This document shows, piece after piece, positions 25,283 through 29,513 of a stretch of DNA of 29,513 nucleotides. The position numbers were made by a program, and so were the translations under genes. Origin of the DNA: Candidatus Margulisiibacteriota bacterium (lineage in GTDB: Bacteria; Margulisbacteria; WOR-1; O2-12-FULL-45-9); the NCBI GenBank assembly GCA_043816785.1, contig JBDRHP010000080.1, positions 1 to 29,513 on the forward strand, written 5' to 3'. Under the pieces are notes generated by a model. The model did no database searches, had not been told where the DNA came from, and saw nothing but the letters and a program-made list of their open reading frames with translations. Positions within the stretch are counted from its first letter, which is position 1. Each line of letters starts with the position of its first letter.

Positions 25283-28126
25283 TTACTTCTTTTTTTCTCT
25301 TTTTTTCGGCTTTTCTTCCTGAGCTTTTGACTTTGGTGGTTCTTCTGTTTTTGCCGGAGCAGCTTTAGAAAGCTCGCCGGTCTTTTCAAAAACAAGCTTG
25401 TCTCCTTCGGCCTCGGCCTTGATTTTGTCTCCAGGCTTAAACTTTCCTTCAATAATCTGATTGGAAAGCGGATTCTCGATTAAGCGCTGGACAGCGCGGC
25501 GTAAGGGGCGGGCGCCGAATTTTGGTTCATAGCCTTCTTTAACAATGATCGCCTCAGCCGCGTCAGTCACTTCCAGCTCCATTTCCTGGAGCTTAACCTG
25601 TTTTTGAACGTCGGCGACCATCAAACCGGCAATTTGTTTTAATTCATTTTCAGTCAAGGGGTGAAAAACAATTATTTCGTCAATACGATTCAAAAACTCA
25701 GGCCGAAAGTCTTTTTTCATGGCATCCAAGACCGTGTCTTTCATTTTATCGTAGGTTGCTTCCCGGTCTTCTCGGGCCATGAAACCAATCGCGCCTTGTT
25801 CCACGATCATTCTCTGGCCAACGTTCGAGGTCATAATGATAACAGTGTTTTTAAAGTCAACAACGTGGCCCTTGGCATCAGTTAATCTGCCGTCTTCGAG
25901 TATCTGAAGCAGGACATTAAAAACATCCGGATGGGCTTTTTCAATTTCGTCGAACAGGATTACTGAATAAGGTTTTCGGCGGACGGCTTCTGTTAGCTTG
26001 CCGCCTTCTTCATAGCCAACATAGCCTGGAGGCGCGCCTAATAATCTGGAGACAGTGTGTTTCTCCATGAATTCAGACATGTCCATGCGGATCAGGGCGT
26101 CCTGAGTGCCGAACATGAACTCAGATAAGCGGCGGGCAACCTCGGTTTTGCCCACGCCGGTTGGTCCGGCAAAAATAAATGAGCCAACAGGGCGGGCTGG
26201 CGGTTTTAGGCCAGCTCTGCCGCGGCGAATAGCTTGGGAAATAGCCCTGACCGCGTCATCCTGACCAATGACCCGCTTGTGCAGGTCTTCTTCCATGCGG
26301 GTCAGCTTTTCAGTTTCTGCGGCAGTCAGTTTGACCACAGGAATACCTGTCCAGTCAGAGACGATCTCAGCAATATCCTCTTCAGTGACCATGGCATTGC
26401 CGTGTTCAACTTCAGTTTTGTGTGTTTCTTCCAGGGTCTTAAGCTTTTTTTCCGCTTCAGTGATCTTGTCCCTGATCTTGGCAGCTTCTTCATACTTCTG
26501 ATGGCCGAGGGCGGCTTCTTTTTCGTGATAAGCTTTTTCAATGGCTCGTTTTAAACCTTGGATGTTCTTAACCGGAGAGAGCAGGCGCAGTCTGACCTTG
26601 GCCATGGCTTCATCCATTACGTCAATGGCCTTGTCCGGCAGAAACCGGTCAGAAATATAACGGTGGGATAGTGATGCCGCGGCGATCAGGGCGGCATCAG
26701 GGATCTTGACGTTGTGATGCTCTTCGTACTTGTCGCGGATCCCTTTTAATATATCTATAGTTAAATCCACCGAAGGTTCGCTGATCAAAACCGGTTGGAA
26801 TCTGCGTTCCAGAGCAGCATCTTTCTCGATATGTTTGCGATATTCGTCAAGCGTGGTCGCGCCGATAACCTGCAGTTCGCCTCTGGCCAGGGCTGGTTTT
26901 AGCATGTTGCCAGCATCAATGGCTCCTTCAGCGCCGCCGGCTCCGACCAAAGTGTGTAGCTCATCAATAAACAGGATGATCTGGCGCTTTTTAGCCAGGA
27001 TCTCGTCGAGTATTTTTTTGACCCGGGCTTCAAATTCACCCCGGTATTTGGTGCCAGCGACCATGCCGCCCAGGTCCAGGGAGATGACTTGTTTGTCCCT
27101 CAGCACATCAGGCACGTCACCTTTAATAATGCGCTGGGCTAAACCTTCGATAATTGCGGTTTTTCCCACTCCCGGGTCACCCAGCAGGGCTGGGTTATTC
27201 TTGGTCCTGCGCGAAAGGATGCGCATTACCCGATCGATCTCTTTTTGCCGGTTGATGACCGGATCAAGCTTGCCTTCTTTTGCCATAGCGGTCAAGTCCC
27301 GGCCAAAACTGGCTAGGGCTGGCTTAGTTTTGCGTGGCGGGGCGCCTAAGCCTAAGCCTGGAAATCCAAACATGCCTCCGCCGCCTTGTTGTTCAAAGCC
27401 TTCTGGTGGAAATTCTTCGGGCCCGAATTCTTCTGGCGGACCGGCTTCTGAGCCAAAAGCTTTTTCTGCTTCAGCAATTATCTCTTTGGCGACCAGGTCA
27501 AAGGTAATCTTTCTTTTGTGGAGCGCCTGGGCAGCAAGGCTTTCGCCTTCGCGGATCACGCCCAGCAGAATATGCTCAGGGCCAACATAGTTGAAGCCAA
27601 GTTCGCGGGCCGCGTTATAGGCTAATTCCAGGACTTTTTTGGCGCGGGGCGAAAGGACGATCTTCTCCGGGGAACCTTCGCCGTGGCCGATCAAAGATTC
27701 CACGTCGGAAAAAAGGTTGACCGGGTCAGCCCCGAGTTTTTGCAGGACTTTTGAGGCTAAACCTTCTTCTTTGATCAAGGCCAGCAGGATGTGTTCCGTT
27801 CTGACATGGTCGTGGCCTAGCCTTTTTGCTTCTTCCGAGGCCAGGTGGAGGACTTTTTGTGCTTCATCTGAAAAATAATCATAAAAACGTTCTGAGGGAC
27901 GCCGCTTAAATAATGAGGCAAAGATATCCGGAAATTCAAAAAAACCTGGAAAGCCCAGCTCATCAAAACCGCCTAAGGTTCCTCCGCCCGGCATCAGGCC
28001 TTCTTCCATGGCGTGCTGGGCGCAGAGGTGCCTGGTAGTTTTTTTGCCATTAACGATCTTTGTCACGTGGACTGAGGCTGGCTGGCCGCAGACCTCGCAA
28101 CGGTAGCCTTTGTTTCGTTCAGCCAT
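25283..28126 (-). CDS. clpC: ClpC-type AAA+ chaperone with extra N-terminal zinc finger
   Basis: Clp-N repeats ([15 protein letters not shown]), [17 protein letters not shown]-like middle domain, GPTGVGKT and GARPLRR. Confidence 0.93.
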   Translation of the reverse strand: MAERNKGYRCEVCGQPASVHVTKIVNGKKTTRHLCAQHAMEEGLMPGGGTLGGFDELGFPGFFEFPDIFASLFKRRPSERFYDYFSDEAQKVLHLASEEAKRLGHDHVRTEHILLALIKEEGLASKVLQKLGADPVNLFSDVESLIGHGEGSPEKIVLSPRAKKVLELAYNAARELGFNYVGPEHILLGVIREGESLAAQALHKRKITFDLVAKEIIAEAEKAFGSEAGPPEEFGPEEFPPEGFEQQGGGGMFGFPGLGLGAPPRKTKPALASFGRDLTAMAKEGKLDPVINRQKEIDRVMRILSRRTKNNPALLGDPGVGKTAIIEGLAQRIIKGDVPDVLRDKQVISLDLGGMVAGTKYRGEFEARVKKILDEILAKKRQIILFIDELHTLVGAGGAEGAIDAGNMLKPALARGELQVIGATTLDEYRKHIEKDAALERRFQPVLISEPSVDLTIDILKGIRDKYEEHHNVKIPDAALIAAASLSHRYISDRFLPDKAIDVMDEAMAKVRLRLLSPVKNIQGLKRAIEKAYHEKEAALGHQKYEEAAKIRDKITEAEKKLKTLEETHKTEVEHGNAMVTEEDIAEIVSDWTGIPVVKLTAAETEKLTRMEEDLHKRVIGQDDAVRAISQAIRRGRAGLKPPARPVGSFIFAGPTGVGKTEVARRLSEFMFGTQDALIRMDMSEFMEKHTVSRLLGAPPGYVGYEEGGKLTEAVRRKPYSVILFDEIEKAHPDVFNVLLQILEDGRLTDAKGHVVDFKNTVIIMTSNVGQRMIVEQGAIGFMAREDREATYDKMKDTVLDAMKKDFRPEFLNRIDEIIVFHPLTENELKQIAGLMVADVQKQVKLQEMELEVTDAAEAIIVKEGYEPKFGARPLRRAVQRLIENPLSNQIIEGKFKPGDKIKAEAEGDKLVFEKTGELSKAAPAKTEEPPKSKAQEEKPKKREKKK

Positions 28127-28153
28127 TGTTTTTCTCCTTTTGAATTAGAACAC

Positions 28154-28450
28154 TCATTTTAGCATCTCATCAAGCATGCTTTCAACCTCGATGTGGAAAC
28201 GCTCGGCCATTTTCAGCATGGCCCTGACCCCGGCCAGGGTCAGGCCCCATTCAGCCATTAAAGAGTTGAGCCTTTTGATCTTGGTTAGATCATGCTGGGA
28301 GTATAGCCGATATTTTTTTTGCGTTCTCTTGGGCTGGACCAGCTCTTCTTCTTCGTAAATTCGCAAAGTGCGGGGGTGACAGCCGATAAGTTCGGCCGCC
28401 ACGCTGATCGTGTAAACAGGTTTGTGGCTATCATGCAGCCAGCGATACAT
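28154..28450 (-). CDS. MerR-family regulator, HspR-like
   Basis: PVYTISVAAELIGCHPRTLRIYE..LVQPKRT..YRLYS..D; directly upstream of clpC. Confidence 0.85.
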   Translation of the reverse strand: MYRWLHDSHKPVYTISVAAELIGCHPRTLRIYEEEELVQPKRTQKKYRLYSQHDLTKIKRLNSLMAEWGLTLAGVRAMLKMAERFHIEVESMLDEMLK

Positions 28451-28480
28451 GCTTAATCAGCCTCCCTTGGGTTTTTAGCT

Positions 28481-28531
28481 AACCTTGACATTTTTGGCAT
28501 TATAAACCTTGTCAATGATCTTGTCAAGGTT
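28481..28531 (-). promoter_or_regulatory. Consensus sigma70 promoter of hspR-clpC with overlapping repeats
   Basis: Minus strand TTGACA(28527-28522)-N17-TATAAT(28504-28499); CTTGTCA-N7-TGTCAAG and AACCTTGACA/TGTCAAGGTT repeats. Confidence 0.8.
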
Positions 28532-28645
28532 CTCAAGGAGCCTGAGAATGAACTTCTCGGCTCCTTGAGTTTATGGAACCGAGACGCACCTCGACTTCGC
28601 TCGGTGCTGCCCTGAGCTTGCCGAAGGGTTTAGTCTCAGGTTCCA
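28532..28645. repeat. Composite REP-like element, intergenic copy
   Basis: Hairpin CTCAAGGAGCC-T-GAGAA-TGAAC-TTCTC-GGCTCCTTGAG (28532-28569) plus 72-bp unit 28574-28645. Confidence 0.9.
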
Positions 28646-28646
28646 T

Positions 28647-28675
28647 TTGCAAGTGAACAATTTGCGGTATATAAT
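28647..28675 (+). promoter_or_regulatory. sigma70 promoter of lemA
   Basis: TTGCAA-N17-TATAAT, followed by AGGAGAGG RBS. Confidence 0.7.
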
Positions 28676-28700
28676 TAAATCAAAAAGGAGAGGATAATAT

Positions 28701-29249
28701 ATGTGGATCTGGGTTGTTTTGGCGGTTGTTGCGGTTTTGGTTCTTTGGGTTGTCGGGGTATTTAATCGTTTGATAGTCTTGCGTACCCGGGTTGAGGAAG
28801 CCTGGGCTGACATTGAGGTCCAATTAAAAAGACGATATAATCTGATCCCCAATTTAGTTAATACGGTTAAAGGCTATGCTGGCCATGAAAAAGAGGTTTT
28901 TGAAAAAGTAACCCAGGCCAGGGCTTCGGCCATGGGCGCGACAGGCATGGCGGACAAGGCCCAGGCAGAGAATATGCTATCTTCTACCTTAAAGTCCTTA
29001 TTTGCGGTGGCAGAAAACTATCCTCAGCTTAAGGCCAATGAAAACTTTATGCAATTACAAAAGGAATTAACGGATACCGAGGATAAGGTCCAGTATTCAC
29101 GCCGGTTCTATAACACCAATGTCAGGGACTACAACATTAAGACCCAGACCGTGCCTTCGAACGTAATCGCCAACATGTTTGGTTTCAAGAAAAAGGACAT
29201 GTTTGAAGCTGAAGCCGCGGCCAGAGAAGTGCCGAAGGTTCAGTTTTAA
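28701..29249 (+). CDS. lemA: LemA family protein
   Basis: N-terminal TM segment; AWADIEVQLKRRYNLIPNLV, AENYPQLKANENF and RRFYN. Confidence 0.96.
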   Translation: MWIWVVLAVVAVLVLWVVGVFNRLIVLRTRVEEAWADIEVQLKRRYNLIPNLVNTVKGYAGHEKEVFEKVTQARASAMGATGMADKAQAENMLSSTLKSLFAVAENYPQLKANENFMQLQKELTDTEDKVQYSRRFYNTNVRDYNIKTQTVPSNVIANMFGFKKKDMFEAEAAAREVPKVQF

Positions 29250-29279
29250 AGTTTATTATCTGATCATTTGTTTAAAAAT

Positions 29280-29390
29280 ATCAGATTACCAGAGCATCAG
29301 AACTGGAGTATCAGATAAACAGAGAATCAGAAAAATCTGATGTTCTGATATTCTGATTTTCCAGCTCTGGTCATCTGACTGTCTGATAAT
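29280..29390. repeat. Inverted octamer array (ATCAGA.. / ..TCTGAT)
   Basis: About six ATCAGAnn-like units followed by about six reverse-complement units, forming a long imperfect hairpin. Confidence 0.8.
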
Positions 29391-29436
29391 CTTACACATT
29401 GAAAGCATCAAATATTAGTAAACTAATAATAGATTT

Positions 29437-29513
29437 ATGCCAGAAGTTTCACGATTAAACATTTACACCCAGATCGACTCCAACCGGAGAAAGACCTTCT
29501 TTTTTGTCCTGGG
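29437..29513 (+). CDS. htpX: Start of a probable HtpX (M48) protease, truncated by the window
   Basis: MPEVSRLNIYTQIDSNRRKTFFFVL matches the typical HtpX N-terminus; lemA-htpX is a common pair. Confidence 0.65.
   Translation, partial: MPEVSRLNIYTQIDSNRRKTFFFVL

Noticed and set aside
26730..27590. 286-aa + strand ORF and other antisense ORFs inside housekeeping genes
   Set aside because: Shadow frames of well-supported genes.
29280..29390. CRISPR array
   Set aside because: Units are 8 nt with no unique spacers; no cas genes in the window.

Overview
Bacterial chromosomal window. A diderm host is inferred from an outer-membrane beta-barrel; the gene mix is reminiscent of Saganbacteria/Margulisbacteria-type genomes, but that is only an impression. 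The left part (+ strand, accessory) has: the tip of a probable IS481-like element; an overlapping four-gene operon (KamA-type 2,3-aminomutase, Ddl-like ligase, ATP-grasp protein, S66 peptidase); an OMP; an FMN reductase; a yjbQ pseudogene; a secreted orphan; and a decayed islet at the tmRNA 3' end (sigma-r4 fragment, intact AbiEi/AbiEii, recombinase-like tail, degenerate att copy). The tmRNA (9673-9258, minus) encodes an unusually long 27-aa tag. The right part is a minus-strand housekeeping run: hspR-like, clpC, leuS, TIGR03960/TIGR03936, rplU, rpmA, proB, proA, nadD, M16 peptidase, dut, dapB, smpB. It is interrupted by plus-strand orphan genes, followed by lemA and the start of htpX. The main novel signal is the exact motif GTGAAATT-N15-CGATA, which has sigma-28-like geometry. 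It occurs three times: before both orphan insertions, and before a ~65-nt promoter-terminator unit that is a candidate sRNA. This suggests a dispersed alternative-sigma regulon. Nested REP-like hairpins and 7/8-mer tandem repeats occur both between genes and in frame inside leuS and the radical SAM gene.
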